From Anaerolineaceae bacterium (GTDB lineage Bacteria > Chloroflexota > Anaerolineae > Anaerolineales > Anaerolineaceae), in NCBI GenBank assembly GCA_035342915.1, contig DAOQYB010000012.1, forward strand, positions 1,479 through 65,478: DNA of 64,000 bases, given 5' to 3'. The notes beneath the pieces are model-generated. The model was not told the origin of the DNA, searched no databases, and saw nothing but the letters and a program-made list of their open reading frames with translations. Below are positions 1 to 8,658 of this stretch, in pieces (the stretch's first letter is position 1; every line of letters starts with the position of its first letter). Both the position numbers and the translations under genes were made by a program.

Positions 1-307
1 GCCTCGATACCGCATTCCGCTGCCAGCGCTCGCGCCTTGGCGATGGCGTCCGGCGCGTAATCCATGCCGGTCACCCGCGCACCCAGCCGTGCCCACGAGA
101 GCGTATCCAGCCCGAAGTGGCACTGCAAATGCAATAGCTGCTTGCCCCCAACTTCGCCCACCTCGCTGCGCTCCAGCTCGTCCAGCGAGAGATCACCGGA
201 CATGAATCCCGCCAGGTTGTACATCTCTGACCCGGCGTGCACCGGCACCACCTCGTTCCAGTAGCGCCTATTGATCTCCATCAGTTCGCGGTCCGCTTTC
301 TTTACCA
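1..307 (-). CDS. class I SAM-dependent methyltransferase, N-terminal part (gene continues beyond left edge)
   Basis: Open-ended ORF absent from the supplied track. Own translation from ATG (complement of 305-307): MVKKADRELMEINRRYWNEVVPVHAGSEMYNLAGFMSGDLSLDELERSEVGEVGGKQLLHLQCHFGLDTLSWARLGARVTGMDYAPDAIAKARALAAECGIE. LLHLQCHFG plus the downstream acidic GMD resemble methyltransferase motif I / post-I. Confidence 0.6.
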
Positions 308-363
308 TAAATAAATCCTCCCGGGATATTCTCCGGGAGGATTGTACCATTGGCGCAAAGCCG

Positions 364-873
364 CTACGGCTTATTGATCGCGATGGTGCGGCTGGTCCTG
401 ATGGCTTCCTTCGCCTTGGGCAGCGTCACCGTCAGCACACCGTTCTTGAAGACCGCGCTGACCTTTTCTTCATCCAGCTGGGTGTTGAAGGGGATAACAC
501 GCTCGAAAGCACCGTAAGTGCATTCCACGCGATGATAGGTCTTTTCCTTCTCCTCCACCTCGCCTTTCTTCTCACCGCTCAGCATCAACACATCCTTCTC
601 CAGCCTGATCTGGATGTCTTTCTCTTCCATGCCCGGCAGCTCAGCGCTCACCTTGAACTCTGTCTCAGTCTCGCTGATGTCCAGCCGCGGCATGAAGTCC
701 GCTGACCGCCGCGCCACCAGCTGCGCCGGGAACGGGAATGAATCCGTAAAGAACTCATCGAACAGGCGGTTCATCTCGTTCTGGATGGCCAGCATGGGGG
801 TCTCTCCCTCACGGCGGAGGGCGAGCCGGTTGCCCCGTCCGGGGCGCTTGATGGAAAACTCTGAATTGCTCAT
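364..873 (-). CDS. Hsp20/alpha-crystallin family small heat-shock protein
   Basis: 169 aa. Alpha-crystallin core pattern: PRLDISETETEFKVSAELPGMEEKDIQIRLEKDVLMLSGEK...YGAFERVIPF...AVFKNGVLTVTLPK. GGAGG RBS 6 nt before the ATG. Confidence 0.93.
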   Translation of the reverse strand: MSNSEFSIKRPGRGNRLALRREGETPMLAIQNEMNRLFDEFFTDSFPFPAQLVARRSADFMPRLDISETETEFKVSAELPGMEEKDIQIRLEKDVLMLSGEKKGEVEEKEKTYHRVECTYGAFERVIPFNTQLDEEKVSAVFKNGVLTVTLPKAKEAIRTSRTIAINKP

Positions 874-985
874 TTCTGCCTCCTTTTATAGGTTGAGATT
901 GATTACATCTACATTTATAGAAAATGAAGATTAAAAGAAGTTAAGAGAAATATTAGAAAATGATTAGAAAGCGGAAAAAATTGAC

Positions 986-1018
986 CTTCAACTGGTTGAG
1001 GGGGGCAACCAGCTGAAG
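986..1018. promoter_or_regulatory. 13-bp inverted repeat CTTCAACTGGTTG-N7-CAACCAGCTGAAG upstream of hsp20 (candidate heat-shock operator or leader hairpin)
   Basis: 12/13 complementary arms separated by 7 nt, located 113-145 bp upstream of the hsp20 start in an AT-rich divergent intergenic region. On the minus strand it is followed by GTCAATTTTTT. Confidence 0.4.
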
Positions 1019-1201
1019 ATCAAATAATAATATAGCACAAATTTTATAGAATTTTACACATTAAATTAAGAGATTAACAAAATTCCTTCGCAGAACCCCT
1101 GTGTATCCTTCCATCGTCAATAGAGTAAAACTGCTGATTGATTTCCTTTTTTTTCCGAAGTATGATGATAATTAGTTCTTTATCAGCTGCGGGAGGATAA
1201 T

Positions 1202-4200
1202 ATGAAGCGTCGTGCGCTCATCATAATACTGGCAATCTTCGGTTTTCTCCTGCTGGCCGAGATCGTGTTATTCCTGGTTTTCTATTTCCGCGCGCCAAAG
1301 ATCGCCGACCAGATCGAACCAGGCTCGCACGCCGTGCATGTGAGCCTCTACGCTCCCGCCGGACCCGCGTGGCCGTTGAATTCCCACATTCCCCTCAGCC
1401 TGCAGGTCGAAAGCAGCAACCCCATTCAAAAAGTCGAACTTTACATCAACAATACGCTGTTTGAAACCCGCTCCCTGCCCCCCGAAACTGCGTTAACCTC
1501 TTACCTTGAAACCTGGCACTGGCAGCCCGGCGCGAGCGGTCAGTTCATCCTCATCGCCCATGCCACTGACAGCAGCGGCTTCACCGGGATCTCGCAACCC
1601 CTGGTTCTCAAGGCATCGGCCGCTGCTGCCAGTCTCTCGCCGGTCGAAGCGCAGCCGGGGCAGACGCTCACGAGGCTCGCTGAAGCGCTTGCGCTGCCCC
1701 TGGATTCTTTGCAGGCTGCAAACCCGGGCATCACCGATCCGGCGGCAGTGATTCCGGAGGGTGAGACCGTCTACTCCCCCAACCCCCCCGGGCAGGTTAC
1801 CAATCCTCACATCATCCCGGGATACACCATCCCGGAACAGGAACTGTCGATTTTTCCCGAATTGAGCACGGCACCGGGGCAGTTGATCGAGCTCATCGAT
1901 CCGGCTTTTGAAGCCCTTGAAGACGAAGACAGCGACCCCGGCCTGCAATGGACGCAACTGGAAAACTTCAGGTACTGGCTTTTCCAGCAGTTCACCAAAC
2001 CCGGTCCCGTTGACCTGCAGGCAGTGCCGGGTGGAGAAGGTCAACCCGCTGCCGGAGATGACACGCCGTCTCCCGGAGCCCTTCACCCGCCGCCCGCCCC
2101 CATGACCAAAGCGGAATTTTCGGGGTGTGATGTGAAGGTCACCCTGATGAATGTTGCCTCTTACTATGATCCCATAGACCCGCTGGCGATCGACCAGCAT
2201 GAAGACGGCTTCTTCATATACAGGTCACGGGATGGCAGCAAGTTTGAGCGCGTGGCCACCTGGACCAAGATCAAGGATTTTAAGGATGTCGACGCGTTCT
2301 CTCAGACCGGTTATGCGGACAACAAGCAATATGGCCTGGTCACGTATTACATCTCGGCTTTCAACGCCAGCGCAGAAGTTCCGGGCAGTCCTATCTCCAT
2401 CCCGCTGGACGCCACGAACTGTAAAAAACCATCAAGAGCCGGGGGGCTCTCTCCGTTTACAGAAACACACCTGGATGATGACGGCAACCTCGTGCTGCCC
2501 TTCTCGCTAGACCTCGCGTACTTCTACATCCAACAGGTGAGCGGGGAGAGCAAAACCCAGGCGTGGCGCGTGCCGGAGGGCAGCCGCACCTTCCTGCCTG
2601 AATCAGGTGTCAAGCTGAACCTGTACAATTACCTGGATTCGGTCGCCGACCTGCGCATGGCGCCTGACCTTGAACTTGAAATGGACCTGTGGGGATGGTC
2701 TGGAGGCACGCTCATCCACGCCGGCGCCTATCATCTCTCACTGCACCGCTCGATCCTTTTGATATGTTCTGTTGAAGGCGCTGGCGGCTGCACCGGCGGC
2801 GGAGGTGGTCAATGGCTGCCGGAAATCACGCTTTCAACCAGCAAAGCGGTCAGCGAGCAGGCTTACGAGATCATGTGGCAGGCCTCATCACTCTCACCGG
2901 TCAAAGATGTATGTCTGCAGCTGGCGCAGAATCCTTACATCAAAGACGACTGGTGGCAGGGTATCAGTCTTCCCATCAACTCCTTCTGCATGGACGTAAA
3001 GAAAGGGGGGAATTCCGGCGTTTATTTGTACGAGCTTGGAAAAATTCTCTATCCCCCGGGCGCGAAAAACGCCGGCAAGTGGGGAGTGGGGATGGACGAA
3101 ATTATGGATTTCTCCAGCAACTGGTTTCAGTACGATGTCAGTATTAGCCAGCCTTTTACCCTCTTCATGCGGGTTTATCCGCGGCACGAAACGTCTGGAT
3201 TCAACCGTTATGCCAATATCGGGGTGATGCATTATCTCACCGAAGCCCTGCCCTCAGACCTGCCCCCCCTCGCTTCGCCCTATTCAAGCATGTATGAGAT
3301 CGACATCCTGGAGGAAACCTACGTGCCGCCGAATTTCGCCGTCATGGCGGATTGGGGCTGCGTGAAGATTGAAGAGGACCCGACCGGTCACTATCAACCC
3401 GGAGAGACAGTCTGCCCGCCGTTGATCACCACCCCAAATGACGACTGTGCCGGCAAGAACACGGCGCACTGTCTGCTGGATTTTGCCTACGACACCGCGA
3501 TGGACGCTTATGATCAGATGCTCTGGGTGTGGGACATTTGGAAAACAGAAGTCGCCAAGTGGCTCTCCGCCACGCTGGGACCCTGGTGTTATAACTCACA
3601 GGAGTGCCGCGACCTCAACAAGAAAGCGCTGGAGTACATCATCCAGTACTACACCGGCATCCCGGCCAACCCGCCGTCATCAGATGAACTGATCGCGGAA
3701 TCAGCAGCGGAATGGATCGTGCAATCCGCCATCGAGCTGGAAAAGTACTACACCGAACAGGATGTCTCCGCGATCGAAGCCCTGTGCGAGATCGAAAAAT
3801 GCGAAGAGAAGATCGCGGAAAAATTAAAAGAAGAATTGAAATCGCAGCGGTCACAGGCCAGCCAGCCCGCCTGCACATCTTCTTACCAGGCGTACTTCAT
3901 GGGCAAAGAACCCATGTGCCTGGATCCCTCCATCGTCGTCCATCCCGCGCCCGGCGGAGGCAACTTCCCCGCCATGGTGGGGGTAAGGGTCACGCGCAAG
4001 GTTGATCTTGCCAGCGTAGGGGTCAAGAAGGAGGACCTGGATCAATACCTGCTGGACATCGCTGTTACAACACAAAACACCTACAACAATGACGCCATAA
4101 ACGGTCCGCTCATTTACCAGGCGCGCTTGAAGATCCCCTGGATCGAACCGGGTGAATCCTTCGTATTGAGCACCGCCCTGCTGCCCTGCTCTTACGAGCT

Positions 4201-4405
4201 TAACCTGCCCGGCTGCAGCGGCGGGGTGAACTACTACGGCTTCGAGCCGCTTTACTTTGGGGGAGCCTCGCAAATGAAAGCCCTGGAGATGTGTTACAGC
4301 CCCGGCAGTTCGTGGGAGTGGGTGCCGTGCACCGGGGGCGGCAGCGATACCTGGAACTTCACCAATCCGCCTGACAAAACGACACTTGAAGTGGGGCAGC
4401 CATGA
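1202..4405 (+). CDS. large membrane-anchored surface protein (Ig-like domain, LysM-like segment, Cys-rich C-terminal region); function unknown
   Basis: 1067-aa ORF with RBS GGGAGGATAAT before the ATG. N-terminal TM helix ALIIILAIFGFLLLAEIVLFLVFYF. LysM-like QPGQTLTRLAEALALPLDSLQAANPGI. Codon usage matches neighbouring genes. Confidence 0.8.
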   Translation: MKRRALIIILAIFGFLLLAEIVLFLVFYFRAPKIADQIEPGSHAVHVSLYAPAGPAWPLNSHIPLSLQVESSNPIQKVELYINNTLFETRSLPPETALTSYLETWHWQPGASGQFILIAHATDSSGFTGISQPLVLKASAAAASLSPVEAQPGQTLTRLAEALALPLDSLQAANPGITDPAAVIPEGETVYSPNPPGQVTNPHIIPGYTIPEQELSIFPELSTAPGQLIELIDPAFEALEDEDSDPGLQWTQLENFRYWLFQQFTKPGPVDLQAVPGGEGQPAAGDDTPSPGALHPPPAPMTKAEFSGCDVKVTLMNVASYYDPIDPLAIDQHEDGFFIYRSRDGSKFERVATWTKIKDFKDVDAFSQTGYADNKQYGLVTYYISAFNASAEVPGSPISIPLDATNCKKPSRAGGLSPFTETHLDDDGNLVLPFSLDLAYFYIQQVSGESKTQAWRVPEGSRTFLPESGVKLNLYNYLDSVADLRMAPDLELEMDLWGWSGGTLIHAGAYHLSLHRSILLICSVEGAGGCTGGGGGQWLPEITLSTSKAVSEQAYEIMWQASSLSPVKDVCLQLAQNPYIKDDWWQGISLPINSFCMDVKKGGNSGVYLYELGKILYPPGAKNAGKWGVGMDEIMDFSSNWFQYDVSISQPFTLFMRVYPRHETSGFNRYANIGVMHYLTEALPSDLPPLASPYSSMYEIDILEETYVPPNFAVMADWGCVKIEEDPTGHYQPGETVCPPLITTPNDDCAGKNTAHCLLDFAYDTAMDAYDQMLWVWDIWKTEVAKWLSATLGPWCYNSQECRDLNKKALEYIIQYYTGIPANPPSSDELIAESAAEWIVQSAIELEKYYTEQDVSAIEALCEIEKCEEKIAEKLKEELKSQRSQASQPACTSSYQAYFMGKEPMCLDPSIVVHPAPGGGNFPAMVGVRVTRKVDLASVGVKKEDLDQYLLDIAVTTQNTYNNDAINGPLIYQARLKIPWIEPGESFVLSTALLPCSYELNLPGCSGGVNYYGFEPLYFGGASQMKALEMCYSPGSSWEWVPCTGGGSDTWNFTNPPDKTTLEVGQP

Positions 4406-5310
4406 AAACCACCCGATACCTTGCCTGTTTACTCTGCTTTATCTTTTTGCTTTCAGCCTGTGAAGAAACCTCCACGCTGCCCGCGCCCGGGGTGCGCCTG
4501 CAAACCTGGATCGACGCGCCGCTGGACGGCATGCGCCTGCCCCTCGCCCCCTACAAGGTGGTTTTTCATATCACCGATGCCGGCAGCGTCAGCGCGGGCG
4601 AATTGATCATCAATGGCAGTTCTGCCACCGTGCTGCCCAACCCTCAACCGGGAACCAACTACGCGGGATTGATGTACGACTGGAACCCGCCGGGATACGG
4701 TGTGTACACCCTCCAGGCGCGCGCGCAGGGAGCGGACGGCGCCTGGGGCGATTTTGCCCAGGTCGTGGTCGAGATCCTGGAACCGACGGCCACGCTGACC
4801 CCGACGGATGTGAACACCCCCACCCATACCCCGACCCTCACCCCCACCGCCACCTTTACCGTAACGGTCACCCTCACCCCCACCGCCACCCTCACCCGTA
4901 CACCAACGGTCACCCCGGTTCCTGGTCCGTCGAAGATCAGCTTCCAGAATCCTCACCCGAATACCTCCCAGATCTACTTCAGGGGCAACGGCTGCGGGCG
5001 TAAAGAGGTGGATTTCTATGTCACCATTCCCGAGTCAGCCAAAGCCTCACAGGTCACGGTGCATTACCGCCTGCTTGATCGCAATAACGGCCGCCATGTT
5101 ACGAACTGGTACACAAAATTGATGTACCATCCGTCCGGCAGCACTGTTGATTGGCTGGAATCGGTCAACCCGGAAGTGGAGATTCCCGGCGTAGCAGATT
5201 TTCCTCAGGCTGAAATTCAGTACTATTTCTCGGCCGTGAACGCGTTGAGCGCTTCAGAAGTGAGCTCGGATATTTACGATAACATCCTGCTGGATATCTG
5301 CAATCGTTAG
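4402..5310 (+). CDS. lipoprotein with Ig-like domain and Thr/Pro-rich linker; function unknown
   Basis: ATGA start/stop overlap with the upstream gene. Lipobox FLLSAC. N-terminal domain resembles the Ig-like domain of the 1202 gene. Linker TPTDVNTPTHTPTLTPTATFTVTVTLTPTATLTRTPTVTP. Confidence 0.8.
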   Translation: MKTTRYLACLLCFIFLLSACEETSTLPAPGVRLQTWIDAPLDGMRLPLAPYKVVFHITDAGSVSAGELIINGSSATVLPNPQPGTNYAGLMYDWNPPGYGVYTLQARAQGADGAWGDFAQVVVEILEPTATLTPTDVNTPTHTPTLTPTATFTVTVTLTPTATLTRTPTVTPVPGPSKISFQNPHPNTSQIYFRGNGCGRKEVDFYVTIPESAKASQVTVHYRLLDRNNGRHVTNWYTKLMYHPSGSTVDWLESVNPEVEIPGVADFPQAEIQYYFSAVNALSASEVSSDIYDNILLDICNR

Positions 5311-5326
5311 GCGCGGGAAGACCCGG

Positions 5327-7432
5327 TTACTTAACGGCTTTCAGGATCACCCTGCCATCCAGCGCCAGCGCGCCCTGCCCTGCGGGGAACACCAGCAGCG
5401 GGTTGACCTCGGCTTCCTCCACCCCGGGGTGATCCAGCGCCAGCCGGCTCAACCGCAGCAGCACATCCACCACCGCCGCCAGGTCAGCGTGCGGCTGCCC
5501 TCTAAAACCGGTGAGCAGCCTGCCGGCGCGCGTCTCGGTGATCATCTGCCGCGCGTCTTCAGCGCTGAGCGGCGCCACCCTGAAGGACACATCCTTGAAC
5601 AATTCCACGTAAATGCCGCCCAACCCGAACATCATCAGCGGACCGAACCCCGGGTCGCGGCGCATGCCGATGATGACCTCCTGCCCTTTCGGCGCCATAC
5701 GCTCGATCATCACGCCTTCCAGTTTCGCCTCGGGTCGCGCTGCGCCGATCTCCGCCATCATGGCATCATAAGCCTGCCGCACCGCTGTGCCATCCGCCAG
5801 GTTGAGCCTGATCCCGCCCGCATCGGATTTATGCAGCAGCTGCGGCGAGACGATCTTCATCACCACCGGGTAACCCACGCGCTGCGCCAGCGCGGCCGCC
5901 TCTTCAGCACTGGCAGCGAACCCTCCCTCCACCTGCGGGATGCCGTAGGCCGCCAGCAGCGGCCGGGTTTCAGCTTCGCCCAGGCTGGTTTTGCCGCGGG
6001 CTGCGCGCAGCACCGCTTCGGCTGCGGCGCGGTTAACGCCTGCCGGCGCCGCTGCTTCCACAACCGGGCGTGAAAGCCACTCCCTGTAACCCAGCATCGC
6101 CTTCAACACCGTGCCCATGGATTCGGGCTGGGTATACATGGGAATGCGGTTCTCATGCAGGGTCAGTCGCGCTTCATCAACTGAGGTATCTCCCATGATG
6201 CACGCCAGCACGGTCTTCTCACGGGTTGCTGAGGCATCCACAATTGCCTGCGCCACCCCCGCCGGGCTCACCAGCGCCTGCGGCACCAGCAGCGGCAGCA
6301 CAATATCCACCCTGTCATCTTTCATCAGGGTGTTCGTGCACAGGGCGTAATCCGGCGGTTCAGCGCCTCCCAGAATGTCCACCGGGTTGCCCACCTGCGC
6401 CGCCGGGTTCAGCGCCGCCCGCAATGTGCTGCGTGTCCCGGGTTCCAGGTCATCCAGCACCAGCCCGTTGGCCGAAAGCGCGTCTGATGCCAGCGCCGCC
6501 GGTCCGCCGGCGTTGGTGATGATCACCGCGCGGTTGCCCGCCGGCAGCGGCTGGAAGTCGAAGGCCAGTGCCGCCTCGAAGAGCGCGCCGATGCTATCGA
6601 CCTCGATCACACCCGCCTGTTTGAAAGCCGCCTGGTAGGCGGAATAGGAGCCCGCCAGCGAACCGGTGTGCGAGCTCACCGCCCGCGCCCCTGCGCTCGA
6701 GCGCCCGCCTTTCAGCAGCACAATGGGTTTTACCCGCGAAACACGGCGCGCCGTCTCTAAAAAGCGCCGCCCGTCCTTGATCTGTTCCACGTAAGTGGCA
6801 ATGACCCGCGTGCCGGGGTCTTCAGCGAGGTACTCGATGAGGTCGGTCTCGGTCACATCCGCCTCGTTGCCCATGCTGATGAAGTGCGAGAAACCGATCT
6901 TCTTGCCCAGCACCTGGTCCACCACCCCGCCCATCACCGCGCCGGATTGCGCCAAAAAGCCGATGCCGCCCGCATCCGGTACGCCGTGAATGAAGGTGAC
7001 ATTCAGCCCGGTGTGCAGGTTGATGAGCCCCACGCAGTTGGGGCCGATCATGCGCATACCGTAACGGTGGATGATCTCCAAACAGCGCGCCTCCAGCGCT
7101 TCGCCGCCCTCGCCCACCTCCTTGAAACCGCCCGAAATGATGATCACCGCCTTCATCCCTCGTTTTCCGCAGGCCTCCAGCGTATCCGCGATGACCGGCG
7201 CCGGCAGCACGATCACCGCCAAGTCCACCGGGTCGGGTACGGCGGCAATATCCGCGTAGCCGGGCCTGCCGAGGATCTCGGCCGCGCCGGGGTTCACCGG
7301 GTAAACACCGCCCGTGTAAGCCGAGCCCGCCAGGTTGCGCAGGATGCCGTAACTGAGCTTGCGCGGGTTGGAGGAGGCGCCGATGATGGCCACGCCGGCT
7401 GGTTCAAAAAAAGGTTTCAGGGAGGAGGTCAT
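5327..7432 (-). CDS. acetate--CoA ligase (ADP-forming) family protein, fused alpha/beta (CoA-binding + ATP-grasp)
   Basis: CoA-binding N-terminus FFEPAGVAIIGASSNPRKLSYGILRNL, PVNP, central ligase-CoA domain, and C-terminal ATP-grasp (EAETRPLLAAYGIP...VVMKIVSPQLLHKSDAGGIRLNL). Track ORF starts at 7501. I prefer ATG at 7432 (MTSSLKPFFEP), which has GAAGGA upstream. Confidence 0.9.
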   Translation of the reverse strand: MTSSLKPFFEPAGVAIIGASSNPRKLSYGILRNLAGSAYTGGVYPVNPGAAEILGRPGYADIAAVPDPVDLAVIVLPAPVIADTLEACGKRGMKAVIIISGGFKEVGEGGEALEARCLEIIHRYGMRMIGPNCVGLINLHTGLNVTFIHGVPDAGGIGFLAQSGAVMGGVVDQVLGKKIGFSHFISMGNEADVTETDLIEYLAEDPGTRVIATYVEQIKDGRRFLETARRVSRVKPIVLLKGGRSSAGARAVSSHTGSLAGSYSAYQAAFKQAGVIEVDSIGALFEAALAFDFQPLPAGNRAVIITNAGGPAALASDALSANGLVLDDLEPGTRSTLRAALNPAAQVGNPVDILGGAEPPDYALCTNTLMKDDRVDIVLPLLVPQALVSPAGVAQAIVDASATREKTVLACIMGDTSVDEARLTLHENRIPMYTQPESMGTVLKAMLGYREWLSRPVVEAAAPAGVNRAAAEAVLRAARGKTSLGEAETRPLLAAYGIPQVEGGFAASAEEAAALAQRVGYPVVMKIVSPQLLHKSDAGGIRLNLADGTAVRQAYDAMMAEIGAARPEAKLEGVMIERMAPKGQEVIIGMRRDPGFGPLMMFGLGGIYVELFKDVSFRVAPLSAEDARQMITETRAGRLLTGFRGQPHADLAAVVDVLLRLSRLALDHPGVEEAEVNPLLVFPAGQGALALDGRVILKAVK

Positions 7433-7535
7433 GGGGTGTCCTTCGCAGTAAGCCGTGATTAGTAATTCGTGATTTGTGATCAGGTCATGATGATTCGTCA
7501 CTGGTCACTGGTTACCAGATTATTATATCAACGAA

Positions 7536-7551
7536 GGTTTCAGCTGAAACC
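7536..7551 (-). terminator. perfect 16-bp palindrome GGTTTCAGCTGAAACC downstream of the 7626 gene (possible terminator)
   Basis: Seen directly. On the minus strand it is followed by TTCGTTGATATAAT, which also supplies a TATAAT (7522-7527) for the acs-like gene. Confidence 0.35.
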
Positions 7552-7625
7552 CAATATCACAACCCTGCAGAACTGGTGAGCAGCCTTTCAGGTCTGTGTC
7601 TTGAACCTGGTTGAAAACGACCCCT

Positions 7626-8600
7626 CTACATCAACTGGTTATGCTTCATCTGCTCCCGGGTGTAAAAGCGGGTGTAGCCCTGCTGCCGCAAAGCCGGTGA
7701 ACGCAGCTCGATCGCCAGCGCATCCCCCTGCGCCAGCGGCGCCTTACTGTGCTGACGCAGCAGCCAGAAGAACAGCCCCGCGGCCAGCAGCACCATAAAA
7801 CCTACCAGGAAGAAGGGAAATTTCTGCGCGTCGTCACCTTTACTGGCAAACTGCTGCAGCAGCGGAAAAATAATGGCCATCAAGACCATCGCTCCGCCGA
7901 TCCACAACCCTCTGCGCGTGATGCGCTTGCGGCCGTATGCAGATACACAGCGGTTGCAAAGGTACACTTCCTGCGATCCGGCGATCTTGAAATCGTAACG
8001 GGTGCGATCCTTGCCCAGGTATTCGCTGCCTGTGAATGTACCGTAGAAGAAGAAATACTTCTGTCCGGCCGTATCCTCTGCCAGGCAATTCCCGCATTTA
8101 TTTTCATCCGCCTCCATGACCTCCTGTGACTGAACAACAGGCTCAACAGTCCGGGCGGCTTTTTCTCCTGAGACGATTTCGATATCACAATGGACGCAGC
8201 GGGTCGCGCCGTACGGAAGCCAGTTTTTGCATTGCGGGCATTGCGGGCGGGGTTTGCGAGTGCGGGCGAACCAGATGAGGAAAGGTCCGGGCAGCACCGC
8301 TACCATCCACAACCCCGCCAGTAGGAAGATGCCGATCACGCAGCCCAGCCATTCAAGCCCCATTGACAGCTTTGCCAGCTGGTCAGCGAAATAGCCTCTT
8401 CGCAGCAGCATGATCCAGCCGCTGATAGCCGAAAGGACCCACAAGGCGAGCAGGCCGATCAGCAGGTAACCCCAAATGCTATCAGTGGATCGCGCCTGTG
8501 CACTCCCGGCGGTTGCCGCCCGAAAACTGACTTGTGACAACGACCACAGAACCAAAGCGGTGATTCTAAGAACCTTACACAGCCGTGCTTTATCGGTCAT
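7626..8600 (-). CDS. zinc-ribbon-containing multi-pass membrane protein; function unknown
   Basis: TM segments interrupted by CPQCKNWLPYGATRCVHCD and a second CGNC...CNRC pair. Preferred start is MTDKARL at 8600, preceded by AAGGAGGG. Confidence 0.75.
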   Translation of the reverse strand: MTDKARLCKVLRITALVLWSLSQVSFRAATAGSAQARSTDSIWGYLLIGLLALWVLSAISGWIMLLRRGYFADQLAKLSMGLEWLGCVIGIFLLAGLWMVAVLPGPFLIWFARTRKPRPQCPQCKNWLPYGATRCVHCDIEIVSGEKAARTVEPVVQSQEVMEADENKCGNCLAEDTAGQKYFFFYGTFTGSEYLGKDRTRYDFKIAGSQEVYLCNRCVSAYGRKRITRRGLWIGGAMVLMAIIFPLLQQFASKGDDAQKFPFFLVGFMVLLAAGLFFWLLRQHSKAPLAQGDALAIELRSPALRQQGYTRFYTREQMKHNQLM

Positions 8601-8658
8601 CTCTCGTCCCTCCTTTTTGCCGTCAGGTTGATCCAAGGTTTATGAGCCCCCGCAAGGT

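Noticed and set aside
4790-4925. Apparent DNA repeats (CTCACCCCCACCGCCACC twice) inside the 4402 gene.
   Set aside because: They encode a Thr/Pro-rich low-complexity linker. The repetition is explained at the protein level.
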